Made by a program: the position numbers and the translations under genes. From Macrostomum hystrix (Eukaryota > Animalia > Platyhelminthes): a stretch of DNA of 64,000 nucleotides. The stretch's first letter is position 1; each line of letters begins with the position of its first letter. The notes below the pieces were generated by a model. The model worked only from the letters and a program-made list of their open reading frames with translations, did not search any database and had not been told where the DNA came from. Shown piece by piece: positions 12,113 to 26,780 of this stretch. The DNA lies in contig CATNEN010000007.1 in NCBI GenBank assembly GCA_950097015.1, forward strand, positions 12,400,001 through 12,464,000, written 5' to 3'.

Positions 12113-13073
12113 CAGGAGACGGCCAAGCGGGTGTAGTTTTGGATCTGCGGTTTCCAGTAAAGTTCGCGGCACTGAAAGTTCATCCTGAACCAAGCGGAGC
12201 CGCCAGTCTGCACCGCAGGGGAAGTCGTCTGCCCGTGGCTCGAGAATTCCGTCAGCTGCTGCTGCTGCTGCTGCTGGGTCACCATCTACACGGGTACCTC
12301 TGATCCCCGTAGTCCAAGAATCCCCTGAGAGGGAAAAGAGGCGGGGAAATGAAGGACGCGGGAAATAATGGGATCTGACGGGGCTGAAAGCCGACTGCCC
12401 TCCTTGCCAATAATAAAGTCGCTGCCGCTGCCTCAGTCCTTTCAATTTCTCGCCCAATCACTCAAATCGCAGGCTTCATTTTCTTCCCAGCAGGCAGAAG
12501 GTCAGGCAGATTGAGGGCGGGCAGCGAACTGTAAACAGCGCCACCCTGAGCAGAGGCCCCCAGTTCGGCAGCCCCCGACTCTCCAGGCCGGGGAAAATGC
12601 CAGGGTGCGATAAGGCCGGGCAGTTGCGGGCCGAGCAGCACCGCTGGCACCTGTCACTTGGCTGGCCCGGCCCGCAATGGATTCCCCTGTTCAGAATTGG
12701 CATCGAACAGAAACCTGGCCGCCTCCTTTATCGCCCTCTTTATGACGCTTCAAACTGCGATTCCAGCGCAGAATTGTTATTTTCCCTGCCTCTTCCCCAC
12801 CCTCCGGATGTACTTTCCCGCTGGCCGATTTCTCGACTCCCTCCGCGGTCACGATTTCGCGCTAGGAACTCACGCAACCCGCGACACGGACGGCTTCGGG
12901 CCTCCCCCAGTCAACAGGGGCAAAAACAGCGCCTGAATCACAGCCCACTGCTGTCACATGCACGGCCTGCCGGGCCTGCCCGAATTCGCTTGTGGGCTGT
13001 AAATCTTGCCTTGGAGACAGCTGGTCCTTTGGGGATGGGCCAGCGGAGCACTGCTGCTGACGGGTGGATAGGA

Positions 13074-13780
13074 GGTGTCTGTGCTGGGTGTCAGTCTGTC
13101 TGTCTGTGCTGGGTGTCTGTCTGTCTGTGCTGGGTGTCAGTCTGTCTGTCTGTGCTGGGTGTCTGTCTGTCTGTGCTGGGTGTCAGTCTGTCTGTCTGTG
13201 CTGGGTGTCTGTCTGTCTGTGTTGGGTGTCTGTCTGTCTGTGCTGGGTGTCTGTCTGTCTGTGCTGGGTGTCTGTCTGTCTGTGCTGGGTGTCAGTCTGT
13301 CTGTCTGTGCTGGGTGTCTGTCTGTCTGTGCTGGGTGTCTGTCTGTCTGTGCTGGGTGTCTGTCTGTCTGTCTGTGCTGGGTGTCTGTCTGTCTGTGCTG
13401 GGTGTCTGTCTGTCTGTGCTGGGTGTCTGTCTGTCTGTCTGTGCTGGGTGTCTGTCTGTCTGTGCTGGGTGTCTGTCTGTCTGTGCTGGGTGTCTGTCTG
13501 TCTGTGCTGGGTGTCTGTCTGTCTGTGCTGGGTGTCAGTCTGTCTGTCTGTGCTGGGTGTCTGTCTGTCTGTGCTGGGTGTCTGTCTGTCTGTGCTGGGT
13601 GTCTGTCTGTCTGTGTTGGGTGTCTGTCTGTCTGTGCTGGGTGTCTGTCTGTCTGTGCTGGGTGTCTGTCTGTCTGTGCTGAGTGTCTGTCTGTCTGTGC
13701 TGGGTGTCTGTCTGTCTGTCTGTCTGTCTGTGCTGGGTGTCTGTCTGTCTGTCTGTCTGTGCTGGGTGTCTGTCTGTCTG
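13074..13780. repeat. Compound 20-24-bp repeat GTGCTGGGT(GTCT)n
   Basis: Direct inspection. Confidence 0.95.
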
Positions 13781-15043
13781 GTCTCCCCTGACGGCTCGTT
13801 GAGCTGCAGTCTCAGCCCTCACGCCACGCCAAGGGCTGCTCAGCTGTCAGTCGCCACTCCACAGCCCAACGGCCGGCCAATGCTTTGCGATGTCTGCTCG
13901 CGACAGCTGATACAATGCGCCAGCTCTCGCTGAGTGGTTCGACGCTCTCAAAAAGGTGCGGGAGAAGAGAAAGGGAAAGGGAAGGGAAGCGCAGGAAGGG
14001 GAGATAGCAGGGAACGGGCGCGACAGCAGCTGAGGTTCCCGGCAAGAAGTTGCGCTCGAGTTTGGGAGTTCGGAGAAGAGCAGAATTGAGTGAAGGGAGA
14101 TTAGGTGTCGATTTGAATTGACTCAGCTTGAGCTGTGCTGACAGCTCCACCGAGCAGTTGCCGGTGGTCCCAAAGCAGCCGTGAATCAAAAGCGAAGGTC
14201 GGGGATGAGCGCGGATTAGAGGAAAATGATTCTATGAAAGGCCGCGGCGGCAACAGTGCACTGATTAAAAGCTGAGCCGCAATCTATCTTTACACGGCAA
14301 AGGCAGATAAGGCGGAGCCGAGGACACTTTTATCTCCCAGCCAGTTGATGCCCATGGCGGAAATAAGGAGGAGCCACTTCCAGGCGCTTTAAGGATGCGC
14401 GGACACTCGGGGGGCTCCGCGAGCCAAACAGCTTATTAGGCCGGATGCTTATCGTATTCCAGCGCAACTCCCAGGCCCGGGCGGGATGAAGACGGAATGC
14501 CGTGGCGGCCCCGGCTCCCTGGAGGCAGCTGGCGCGGGGATTTGGGATGAGGTCCGGCAAGTCTATTTTTAGCCGCCGCGGGGAAGGTGTGGGGGCAGAT
14601 GGGCGGCGGCGGCGGCGGCGTGACGCCTTCTGGGAGGGCTCAGTTCTCTGACGGCAATTATGAAAGCAGCGAATGCGGGACAGTCTTTCAGTGTCTTGCG
14701 GTCCCTGGCGAATGCGCCTGTTTGTATTTACAGCAGCGGTTAAAATCTGTCAGCGAGAAACTGTTTCAGCGTTAGAAAGTCTATGCAAGTCTGCGAGTGA
14801 GTAAACAACACGCTGTCCGGAGGAGGGCTCCGTGGGGTGTCTGCTATCCGGGTGGTGGACACCCGGCGAATGTGAGCTTGGCACCTGGCGATGCGAGTTG
14901 CCGGGAGGGGAGGCTGCTCATTGGCTGCGAGTGCAGTCGGTGACGGCCTGTTGAGCAGTTCTCAGGTGAGCGAGTGGCTATTTGACACGGGATTCAGGCC
15001 CAGAGTAGGCCGGGGCTGCCTCACAAAGCTGCTGAGCTAGGAG

Positions 15044-15500
15044 TCTGGTCCCAGAGTGTCTGATCCCAGAGTGTCTGATCCCAGAGTGTCTGATCCCAGA
15101 GTGTCTGATCCCAGAGTGTCTGATCCCAGAGTGTCTGATCCCAGAGTGTCTGATCCCAGAGTGTCTGATCCCAGAGTGTCTGATCCCAGAGTGTCTGATC
15201 CCAGAGTGTCTGATCCCAGAGTGTCTGATCCCAGAGTGTCTGATCCCAGAGTGTCTGATCCCAGAGTGTCTGATCCCAGAGTGTCTGATCGCAGAGTGTC
15301 TGATCCCAGAGTGTCTGATCCCAGAGTGTCTGATCCCAGAGTGTCTGATCCCAGAGTGTCTGATCCCAGTGTCTGATCCCAGAGTGTCTGATCCCAGAGT
15401 GTCTGATCCCAGAGTGTCTGATCCCAGAGTGACTGATCCCAGAGTGTCTGATCCCAGAGTGTCTGATCCCAGAGTGTCTGATCCCAGAGTGTCTGATCCC
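15044..15500. repeat. 15-bp minisatellite just 3' of the Kv stop codon
   Basis: Unit TGATCCCAGAGTGTC, about 30 copies. Confidence 0.95.
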
Positions 15501-15535
15501 GAGCTCAGCAGCTCCCTCGGGGAAGGCGCAGCCAT

Positions 15536-17059
15536 TCAGTGCCTGCCCCGGCCAGTCTTGTGGGTGTAGAACTTGTTGAAGTTCTCGGTGATGATGGGCA
15601 CTGGGATGGCCAGCGTCAGGACGCCGGCGATGGCGCAGACGGAGCCGACCACCATGCCCAGCGGGCCCTTCGGCACCTTGTCGCCGTAGCCGACGGTGCA
15701 CATGGTGATGACCGCCCACCAGAACGCGTCCGGGATGCTCTCGATCTGCGAGCCCTTGACCTCGCTCTCCACGTAGTAGATGGTGGAGGAGAACAGCAGG
15801 ATGCACACGACCAGCGCCACCAGGAACAGCCCGAGGCCCTCGATGCTGGCCCGGAAGGTCAGCACCAGCACCTGCAGGCCGTCGAAGTGCTTGGTGAGCT
15901 TGAACACCCGGATGAGCCGCACAACACGGAGGAAGGCGAGGGAGGCGCTGGACTTGGCGCCCTCGCAGCTCATTGTGATGAGGACATTGGTGAGTGTCAC
16001 GTAGTACGGCACGATGGCAGAGAAGTCCACCGCGTTCTTGATGTCTTTGATGAAAGCCTTCTTCGACGGGCAGACGGCGAAGCGGACGAGGAGCTCCAGG
16101 GTGAACCAGGCGGTGCAGGCGGACTCGATGATGAAGAAGGGGTCGAGGAAGTTGGGCAGCTCGTGGGCCACGCAGTGCGAGTCCTTGAACTCCTTGAGCG
16201 TCTCCACACAGAACAGGATGATGGAGATGACGGTGAAGAGCACGGAGATGATGGCCACCAGGAAGGCGGGTGTGCTGGTCTCCGGGTACTCGAACAGCAT
16301 CCAGATCTTGCGCTTGACCGGGTGCTCCGGCAGCACGACGGTCTCGGAGATGTAGCCCTCGTCCTTCTTGTAGGCCTCGACCACTTCGCGCTCGATCTCG
16401 TAGAACTCCAGCTCGGACAGGAAGATGTCATCGGTGACGTTGGGCGGCCGTTTGAGCTTGCCGCCGTACTGGTAGTAGTTGAAGATGGCCTCGAAAGTGG
16501 GCCGGTGCCGGTCGAAGAAGTACTCGTGGTGTCGCCTGTCGAAGTACTTCGCTCGCTTCTGCGGGTTGCCCAGCAAGGTGCGTGGGTGCTGGTTGAGGAC
16601 GCCCAGGCGGGTCTCGAAGTACATACCGGAGACGTTCAGGCGGACGCGCTCGCAGCCCAGGAAGTGGCAGTCGTGGAAGGAGCCCGCGAGGGCCTGCGGC
16701 TGCGCGCGGAAGTGGCGTGGCGATGAGGGCGCCGAGTTCGATTGAGGCGAGTCGTCGAGCCGGGATCTCGTACGCTGCTGCTGCTGCTGCTGCCGCTGAT
16801 GCTGAGGTCTCTCGGTCTCGGCCTCGTCCGTGGACCCCTCCGAGTTGTCGGAGTCGCGGCTGAGGCGTCGCTGGTACAGATGCAGATGCGAGGTCCTGGG
16901 TTCGAATCTCACTAGCTTGTTGTGCGACTTGTAGCTGCTGGTCCGCTCAATGTGGGACTGGGCCTGGTAGGTGATCATGCTCAGGTCCTCCTTGGAGTGG
17001 TTCGGGACCCCGCCGCCTCCATAGGAGCTGGGGCTCATGTAGGAGGGCACGTACAGCAT
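15536..17059 (-). CDS. Shaker (Kv1/KCNA)-family voltage-gated potassium channel, intronless CDS, 507 aa
   Basis: T1 domain (RVRLNVSGMYFET..TLLGNP..EYFFDRHRPTFEAIFNYYQYGGKLKRP), WMLFEYPETS, S1-S6, pore SIPDAFWWAVITMCTVGYGD, S6 LAIPVPII. Confidence 0.96.
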   Translation of the reverse strand: MLYVPSYMSPSSYGGGGVPNHSKEDLSMITYQAQSHIERTSSYKSHNKLVRFEPRTSHLHLYQRRLSRDSDNSEGSTDEAETERPQHQRQQQQQQRTRSRLDDSPQSNSAPSSPRHFRAQPQALAGSFHDCHFLGCERVRLNVSGMYFETRLGVLNQHPRTLLGNPQKRAKYFDRRHHEYFFDRHRPTFEAIFNYYQYGGKLKRPPNVTDDIFLSELEFYEIEREVVEAYKKDEGYISETVVLPEHPVKRKIWMLFEYPETSTPAFLVAIISVLFTVISIILFCVETLKEFKDSHCVAHELPNFLDPFFIIESACTAWFTLELLVRFAVCPSKKAFIKDIKNAVDFSAIVPYYVTLTNVLITMSCEGAKSSASLAFLRVVRLIRVFKLTKHFDGLQVLVLTFRASIEGLGLFLVALVVCILLFSSTIYYVESEVKGSQIESIPDAFWWAVITMCTVGYGDKVPKGPLGMVVGSVCAIAGVLTLAIPVPIITENFNKFYTHKTGRGRH

Positions 17060-17707
17060 GGCCGCACCGCGCCTTTTCTCTCCTCTGCTCCGGCGTGGGC
17101 GGCTGCGATTGACGACCTCCTATTGGCTGCTGCTGCTGCTGCTGCTACAGGCCACGGCCATAGGAGCTGGCGGAGTGCCTTTGCAATCCAGTCTGCCTGC
17201 AAGAGGCGGTTGCGTTGGGGTGGTGTGAGCCAGGGAAAAACTGCAGGAGCAAATCGAAAATTGTTTTTTTTCAGAGGGCCCTGGCCGGCCTGGCCTCAAT
17301 CTCGGCTGAACTTGGCGCGGCTGAGAGCCTGGCCGAGAGCTCAATCTAATTTGCCTGCCCGCAGGCCAGGCTGCAGTCCGCAGCTTCCGCAGGCCGGAGC
17401 TGGCTGGATGATCCCCGTGTCTGGAAGGGGGCTATCTATAACCAGCGAGGGCTGCGCAGCCGCTCTCGTGACCTTCGAACCAGTCAACAAGGAAGCCGCA
17501 GCCCGCACTGGGCCTGCACTGGTCCCATCTCTGGATCTCTGCTCGATAGTGTTTGGATTGAGCTCGGCTGGTCTGCACAGCAGGACTTGGACTGCTCACC
17601 GCCAGCCTGCCAGAGCAGGCTGCTCACAGAGCTCACGGCTAGAAGCCTTTTACAATTTATTCGGGTACAGCCTCACAGGAGTGTACATATAGCTCTCATA
17701 GGATATT

Positions 17708-19125
17708 AACAGGCTTACACTGGTGTGTACAACAGGCTTACACTGGTGTGTACAACAGGCTTACACTGGTGTGTACAACAGGCTTACACTGGTGTGTACA
17801 ACAGGCTCAGACAGGTGTGTACAACAGGCTTACACTGGTGTGTACAACAGGCTCAGACAGGTATGTACAACAGGCTTACACTGGTGTGTACAACAGGCTT
17901 ACACTGGTGTGTACAACAGGCTCAGACAGGTGTGTACAACAGGCTTACACTGGTGTGTACAACAGGCTCAGACAGGTATCTACAACAGGCTCAGACAGGT
18001 GTGTACAACAGGCTCAGACAGGTGTGTACAACAGGCTCAGACAGGTATGTACAACAGGCTCAGACAGGTGTGTACAACAGGCTCAGACAGGTGTGTACAA
18101 CAGGCTCAGACAGGTGTGTACAACAGGCTCAGACAGGTATGTACAACAGGCTCAGGCAGGTGTGTACAACAGGCTCAGGCAGGTGTGTACAACAGGCTCA
18201 GGCAGGTGTGTACAACAGGCTCAGACAGGTGTGTACAACAGGCTCACACAGGTGTGTGCAACAGGCCCACACAAGTGTGTACAACAGGCCCACACAAGTG
18301 TGTACAACAGGCCCACACAAGTGTGTACAACAGGCTCACACAGGTATGTGCAACAGGCTCACACAGGTATGTGCAACAGGCTCACACAGGTATGTGCAAC
18401 AGGCTCACACAGGTATGTACAACAGGCTCAGACAGGTGTGTACAACAGGCTCACACAGGTGTGTGCAACAGGCCCACACAAGTGTGTACAACAGGCTCAC
18501 ACAGGTGTGTGCAACAGGCTCAGACAGGTATGTACAACAGGCTCAGACAGGTGTGTACAACAGGCTCAGACAGGTGTGTACAACAGGCTCAGACAGGTAT
18601 GTACAACAGGCTCAGGCAGGTGTGTACAACAGGCTCAGGCAGGTGTGTACAACAGGCTCAGACAGGTGTGTACAACAGGCTCACACAGGTATGTGCAACA
18701 GGCCCACACAAGTGTGTACAACAGGCCCACACAAGTGTGTACAACAGGCTCACACAGGTATGTGCAACAGGCCCACACAAGTGTGTACAACAGGCCCACA
18801 CAAGTGTGTACAACAGGCTCACACAGGTATGTGCAACAGGCTCACACAGGTATGTACAACAGGCTCACACAGGTATGTGCAACAGGCTCACACAGGTATG
18901 TGCAACAGGCTCACACAGGTATGTGCAACAGGCTCACACAGGTATGTGCAACAGGCTCACACAGGTATGTACAACAGGCTCACACAGGGGTGTACAACAG
19001 GCTCACACAGGGGTGTACAACAGGCTCACACAGGGGTGTACAACAGGCTCACACAGGGGTGTACAACAGGCTCACACAGGTATGTGCAACAGGCCCACAC
19101 AGGTGTGTACAACAGGCTCAGGCAG
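17708..19125. repeat. 21-23-bp minisatellite with polarised variants
   Basis: Unit ACAACAGGCTCAGACAGGTGTGT and variants. Confidence 0.95.
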
Positions 19126-19674
19126 TTATGCAGGGCAGCGCACTCTTACAAGGAATTGAAGAGCTGGTCAAGTTATTTACTTTTCGCTCACTAAAAAACT
19201 CTCATCTCGCTACTGGCAGTAGCGCAGTTCGGCTGGCCCGGCCCGCAATTCGCGGCTCAGTGCCGGGACGCTGGGGCAAACGAAAATCCGCGGCTAAGCT
19301 GAGCTGCCGCACTGGCCGGCACGGAGACGCGGCTCGGATGGCCCACCGGCCGTCATTCTTTTTTAGACAAGGCCTTCTAAAACGGCTCGCTGCTCAAACT
19401 GCAAACAGAGCAGCCTGAGGGGGGGGGCTGCAGCGCTTGAAGTGCAAACAGGCGGTTGGCTTGCTCAGCGTGAGCACTGCTGCTCAGAGCTTGTTGGCTG
19501 GCTCGTTAAGGAGCGGAAGAAGCCGCCTGGGCAAACTCAGCGACACAGCGGTGCAGCCGGGACTTGATGGGGGAGCTGCTGCTGGGATAAATGTAACACT
19601 TCTTTGTCCCAATACACACAGAAACACTTCTTGTTTGAATAGACATTGAAAGCAGTTGTTAGTCTCCAGTTGGC

Positions 19675-20180
19675 ACACTCAGTCCACAATCCCCACACAC
19701 TCAGGCTGTACAATCCCCCACACACTCAGGCTGTACAATCCCCCACACACTCAGGCTGTACAATCCCCCACACACTCAGGCTGTACAATCCCCCACACAC
19801 TCAGGCTGTACAATCCCCCACACACTCAGGCTGTACAATCCCCCACACACTCAGGCTGTAAAATCCCCCACACACTCAGGCTGTACAATCCCCCACACAC
19901 TCAGGCTGTACAATCCCCCACACACTCAGGCTGTACAATCCCCCACACACTCAGGCTGTACAATCCCCCACACACTCAGGCTGTACAATCCCTCACACAC
20001 TCAGGCTGTACAATCCCCCACACACTCAGGCTGTACAACCCCACACACACTCAGGCTGTACAATCCCCCACACACTCAGACTCTGTACAATCCCACACAC
20101 ACTCAGGCTGTACAATCCCCCACACACTCAGACTCTGTACAATCCCACACACACAGGCTGTAAAATCTTTACACACAGGC
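19675..20180. repeat. 25-bp minisatellite
   Basis: Unit CACACTCAGGCTGTACAATCCCCCA. Confidence 0.95.
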
Positions 20181-20719
20181 TGAAATTGACAAAAGCACGA
20201 GCCGCAAAAGTACATGGCCTAAAAATATAAAAAACGGCTGCACGCTGGCTATTTAGTGCTGTCTGAAGTCCCCCCCAGTTCTGGCATGTTTCGCCAGACA
20301 GAGGAAAATAAGTAAAACTTCAGCAGCCTCCTGCGCCCGAGGACTCGAGACGGCGGAGGGAGCGCAGCTGACACGGCGGTCCAATTGATTTCTGCCGCCA
20401 AGAGTGACCAGCTGTCAGCGAATAACAGCAAAATGTCAGCGGGAGGCATTCAAAGATTCAACACTGACAAGGGCCCCTGGGCTGACTTGCAACAGGAGCG
20501 GTCTGGAGAAACACGACTAACCGTTTCACAGAAAGCTCATCACAAGGATTCAGGGCTGAAAAACAGCACAAAAATATACGAGGGAAGAAGACAGTCTTAT
20601 GAAGAGTACATGGTACGAATCCTCCATACGCATTCGGCTGACACAACACACACCTCACTCAAAAATCACCTCACCCCAGCACGGCGTCACCTCACACCAA
20701 CCTCGCTCTAGATCCACGT

Positions 20720-20970
20720 CACTCGACACTCGCCTCCCTCCACTCTAAGCTCGATCCTACCTCACCCAAGCTTATTTGACTGGACACCCACCTCCTCCAC
20801 TCTCGGCCCGCACCCACCTCACTCCAATCTTTGTTCACTGGACACCCACCTCCGTCCACCCTCAGCCCGCACCCACCTCACTCCAATCTTAGTTCATTGG
20901 ACACCCACCTCCCTCTACTCTCAGCTCTCACCCACCTCACTCCAAACTCATCACTTGACACCCGCCTTCC
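20720..20970. repeat. Diverged tandem repeat, unit about 58 bp, about 4 copies
   Basis: Recurrent GACACCCACCTC...CCCACCTCACTCCAA. Confidence 0.7.
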
Positions 20971-21565
20971 TAGAGCAGACCAGGCGCGCAGCATATTAAT
21001 GCTTTCCTACAAATTTGTTTATCCCATTCGGCAGCTTTCAGGGCCCAAAGCAACAGCAACATGCTTGACCTGAGCCTCGAGCATCGACCGACCAGTTTCA
21101 AAAATATAACTCAAACCGAGAGAAAAAATACTCCACTCGTCAGACGGATTGATTCCTTAGGAAGGCCGGCGGCTGATCGATGGGCCGATTAGCTCCCAGC
21201 TAGTTTTCCTAAACTTCCAGGCGGCTTCCCTCGCTATCTCCGCCCGCTGACCAGCGCACTTTGTTCTGGCAACAAGTTTGACAGGACTGCAACGTGGGGG
21301 CGGGCGGGTGGGCCCGGAGCCGCTAATGAGCTGTTCGGGCCGAGCTGAGCAGTTCGGGCTAACTTCGTTGCAGCTGCTCAGGCCCCGCCGCCTTATTCAC
21401 TGAGCATCGAGAGCCTTCGACTGCACGCACGACTGCTCCGGAGGCAGGCGGCGAAGCCATTATTTGGGCCGACAGCGGCGCCCACTTTTCGGTTAGTCCG
21501 ACCCACTTGAGGCTCGCTTGGCAACAAAACTCGAGACTCCTTGATCGGCTGGGAACTGGGACCTC

Positions 21566-23314
<1,749 letters not shown>

Positions 23315-23736
23315 ACTAAGTAGGCACAATGCGAATCCCAGGAGATTCTAAACAAATGAGGGGCCTGCAGCCCGGCCAGCGACTTCAAATGTCAATCTGG
23401 CAGTGCTTTCACACCCGGCCGGCCGTGCTCCACTCCCAAGGCCGTGAAATCCCGTGTCGCCTGCGAGTCTGAGCCACCCGGATGTCCTCCAGCTTTTCAG
23501 TCTCGTAAATTTTTGTGAAGCTCACCTTACTTTTCACTCCCCTGCTTTTTTACTTTTCTACTCTCAATGGGATCTTAAAATCAGAGCCGATCACACTGGC
23601 CCCTGACCCCAGTCAGTGAGGCCGGCCTAACAGAACAATGTACTTCTAACATCTGCAGTCTGACTGCGTCTACATGTGAACTTGGGACAAGCTAAGCAAA
23701 AACTTCTCGATGGAAGATAAAAAAATTTAATCCCTA

Positions 23737-24750
23737 GACACCCGGATCAGACTAGCTAAGGACAGTCAGAACAGGACAGTGGACACCTGGACTAGCTAAG
23801 GACAGTCAGAACAGGACAGTGGACACCTGGACTAGCTAAGGACAGTCAGAACAGGACAGTGGACACCTGGACAAGCTAAGGACAGTCAGAACAGGACAGT
23901 GGACACCCGGACTAGCTAAGGACAGTCAGAACAGGACAGTGGACACCCGGATCAGACTAGCTAAGGACAGTCAGAACAGGACAGTGGACACCCGGATCAG
24001 ACTAGCTAAGGACAGTCAGAACAGGACAGTGGACACCCGGACTAGCTAAGGACAGTCAGAACAGGACAGTGGACACCTGGACTAGCTAAGGACAGTCAGA
24101 ACAGGACAGTGGACACCTGGACTAGCTAAGGACAGTCAGAACAGGACAGTGGACACCTGGACAAGCTAAGGACAGTCAGAACAGGACAGTGGACACCCGG
24201 ACTAGCTAAGGACAGTCAGAACAGGACAGTGGACACCCGGATCAGACTAGCTAAGGACAGTCAGAACAGGACAGTGGACACCCGGATCAGACTAGCAAAG
24301 GACAGTCAGAACAGGACAGTGGACACCTGGACTAGCTAAGGACAGTCAGAACAAGACAGTGGACACCCGGACTAGCTAAGGACAGTCAGAACAGGACAGT
24401 GGACACCCGGACTAGCTAAGGACAGTCAGAACAGGACAGTGGACACCTGGACTAGCTAAGGACAGTCAGAACAGGACAGTGGACACCCGGATCAGACTAG
24501 CTAAGGACAGTCAGAACAGGACAGTGGACACCCGGACTAGCTAAGGACAGTCAGAACAGGACAGTGGACACCCGGACTAGCTAAGGACAGTCAGAACAGG
24601 ACAGTGGACACCCGGACTAGCTAAGGACAGTCAGAACAGGACAGTGGACACTCGGACTAGCTAAGGACAGTCAAAACAGGACAGTGGACACCCGGACTAG
24701 CTAAGGACAGTCAGAACAGGACAGTGGACACCCGGACTAGCTAAGGACAG
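23737..24750. repeat. 40/45-bp minisatellite
   Basis: Unit ACTAGCTAAGGACAGTCAGAACAGGACAGTGGACACCCGG, plus an ATCAG insertion variant. Confidence 0.95.
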
Positions 24751-25544
24751 TAATATGCCCAAAACGGATTCACAGTCGGAACGGAACAGCAAATTAGTAC
24801 ATTTCGGCATATCTCTAAGTAAATCTGCAAGGGCAATCAGCGGTGCCAACAGTTATGCATTTCGTAGCCCGCTGTGAGTTTCAAAAGGTCGCGGGCTGCT
24901 TTTCGCATCTTGAAAGCTTCTCAGAAAAAGAAGATTAATCCGGTAAAAGCCACTCGCTCCTGCCACCTGGTCATTATCCAGAGCGGAATTTGCCGCATCC
25001 GCTGCTTCCGCACCGCTCTCAATTCCATTTGCGGCCTCAGAAAAAGCTCCTCTACACGCGCTTCCCCTTTTCCAGGAAACCATTCCAGGAAATCTGGCAG
25101 GCTCCGCTAATAGCCACCTTGCAGCAGCAGCTGCGCCTTTCTAGGCCGGGCAAAGCGGACAACAGCAAAAGTACAAACATTTGCTCACCAACTTTTCTTT
25201 CCTGAGAAAACGCAGCTGGACGTCCCGAGTTCGAGTCTGGTACTATCCCAGCAAGTCCAAGAAGCCACTGCTCAACTGCCCTGTGCTCTGCGCTCCTGAC
25301 TCCAGTCCACCCCGGCTCTCCTGAGCTGCACGGGTCTTGTCTTCCCCCACAGCTCTCCAGGCGCTCTCGCCTCCCCAACTCCCAAATCCGACGTTTTGTC
25401 GGCCTCCCATTGGCTCGCCGCTGCCAACCTACAAAAATAGGCCAGTAGAGGCCCGCGAATTGGAATAAGCCTCCCAAGTCCGCTTATTATAAGTTCCGTT
25501 AACTTAGCCTCCTTAACTCGACAAACTCTCGCTAAGAGGCTAGA

Positions 25545-26200
25545 GAGGGTGGGAGGGGAGGCTAGCGAGAGTGGGAAGGGGAGGCTAGCGAGAGTGGGAA
25601 GGGGAGGCTAGCGAGAGTTGGAAGGGGAGGCTAGCGAGAGTTGGAAGGTGAGGCTAGCGAGAGTGGGAAGGGGAGGCTAGCGAAAGTTGGAAGGGGAGGC
25701 TAGCGACAGTGGGAAGTGGAGGCTAGCGAGAGTGGGAAGGGGAGGCTAGCGAGAGTGGGAAGGGGAGGCTAGCGAGAGTTGGAAGGGGAGGCTAGCGAGA
25801 GTTGGAAGTGGAAGCTAGCGAGAGTGGGAAGGGGAGGCTAGCGAGAGTTGGAAGTGGAAGCTAGCGAGAGTGGGAAGGGGAGGCTAGCGAAAGTGGGACG
25901 GGGAGGCTAGCGAGAGTTGGAAGGGGAGGCTAGCGAAAGTGGGACGGGGAGGCTAGCGAGAGTTGGAAGGGGAGGCTAGCGAGAGTTGGAAGGGGAAGCT
26001 AGCGAGAGTGGGAAGGGGAGGCTAGCGAGAGTTGGAAGTGGAAGCTAGCGAGAGTGGGAAGGGGAGGCTAGCGAGAGTTGGAAGTGGAAGCTAGCGAGAG
26101 TGGGAAGGGGAGGCTAGCGAGAGTTGGAAGGGGAGGCTAGCGAGAGTTGGAAGGGGAGGCTAGCGAGAGTTGGAAGGGGAGGCAAGCGAGAGTGAGAAGG
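25545..26200. repeat. 23-bp purine-rich minisatellite
   Basis: Unit GAGGCTAGCGAGAGTGGGAAGGG. Confidence 0.95.
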
Positions 26201-26254
26201 GGAGAAGGGGAGCTGAGTTCACCCAGCAGCGAGCAGGTCAGGCAACTGAAGGAA

Positions 26255-26780
26255 AATTCCTGGGAAATATGAGGCGGTGAATTCCTGGCGAAGATGAGGC
26301 GTTGAATTCCTGGCGAAGATGAGGCGGTGAATTCCTGGCGAAGATGAGGCGTTGAATTCCTGGCGAAGATGAGGCGGTGAATTCCTGGCGAAGATGAGGC
26401 GTTGAATTCCTGGCGAAGATGAGGCGGTGAATTCCTGGCGAAGATGAGGCGTTGAATTCCTGGCGAAGATGAGGCGGTGAATTCCTGGCGAAGATGAGGC
26501 GTTGAATTCCTGGCGAAGATGAGGCGGTGAATTCCTGGCGAAGATGAGGCGTTGAATTCCTGGCGAAGATGAGGCGGTGAATTCCTGGCGAAGATGAGGC
26601 GGTGAATTCCTGGCGAAGATGAGGCGGTGAATTCCTGGCGAAGATGAGGCGGTGAATTCCTGGCGAAGATGAGGCGGTGAATTCCTGGCGAAGATGAGGC
26701 GGTGAATTCCTGGCGAAGATGAGGCGGTGAATTCCTGGCGAAGATGAGGCGGTGAATTCCTGGCGAAGATGAGGCGGTGA
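26255..26780. repeat. 25-bp minisatellite with an EcoRI site per unit and a 50-bp higher-order dimer in the left half
   Basis: Unit GAATTCCTGGCGAAGATGAGGCG(G/T)T; G and T variants alternate. Confidence 0.95.

Noticed and set aside
12110-12300. Possible exon with a (CAG)7 tract
   Set aside because: No recognisable homology or convincing splice-site pair, and the frame runs into a satellite
15539-16726. 395-aa plus-strand ORF and other antisense ORFs over GC-rich genes
   Set aside because: Shadow ORFs from high GC3 codon bias of the real minus-strand CDS
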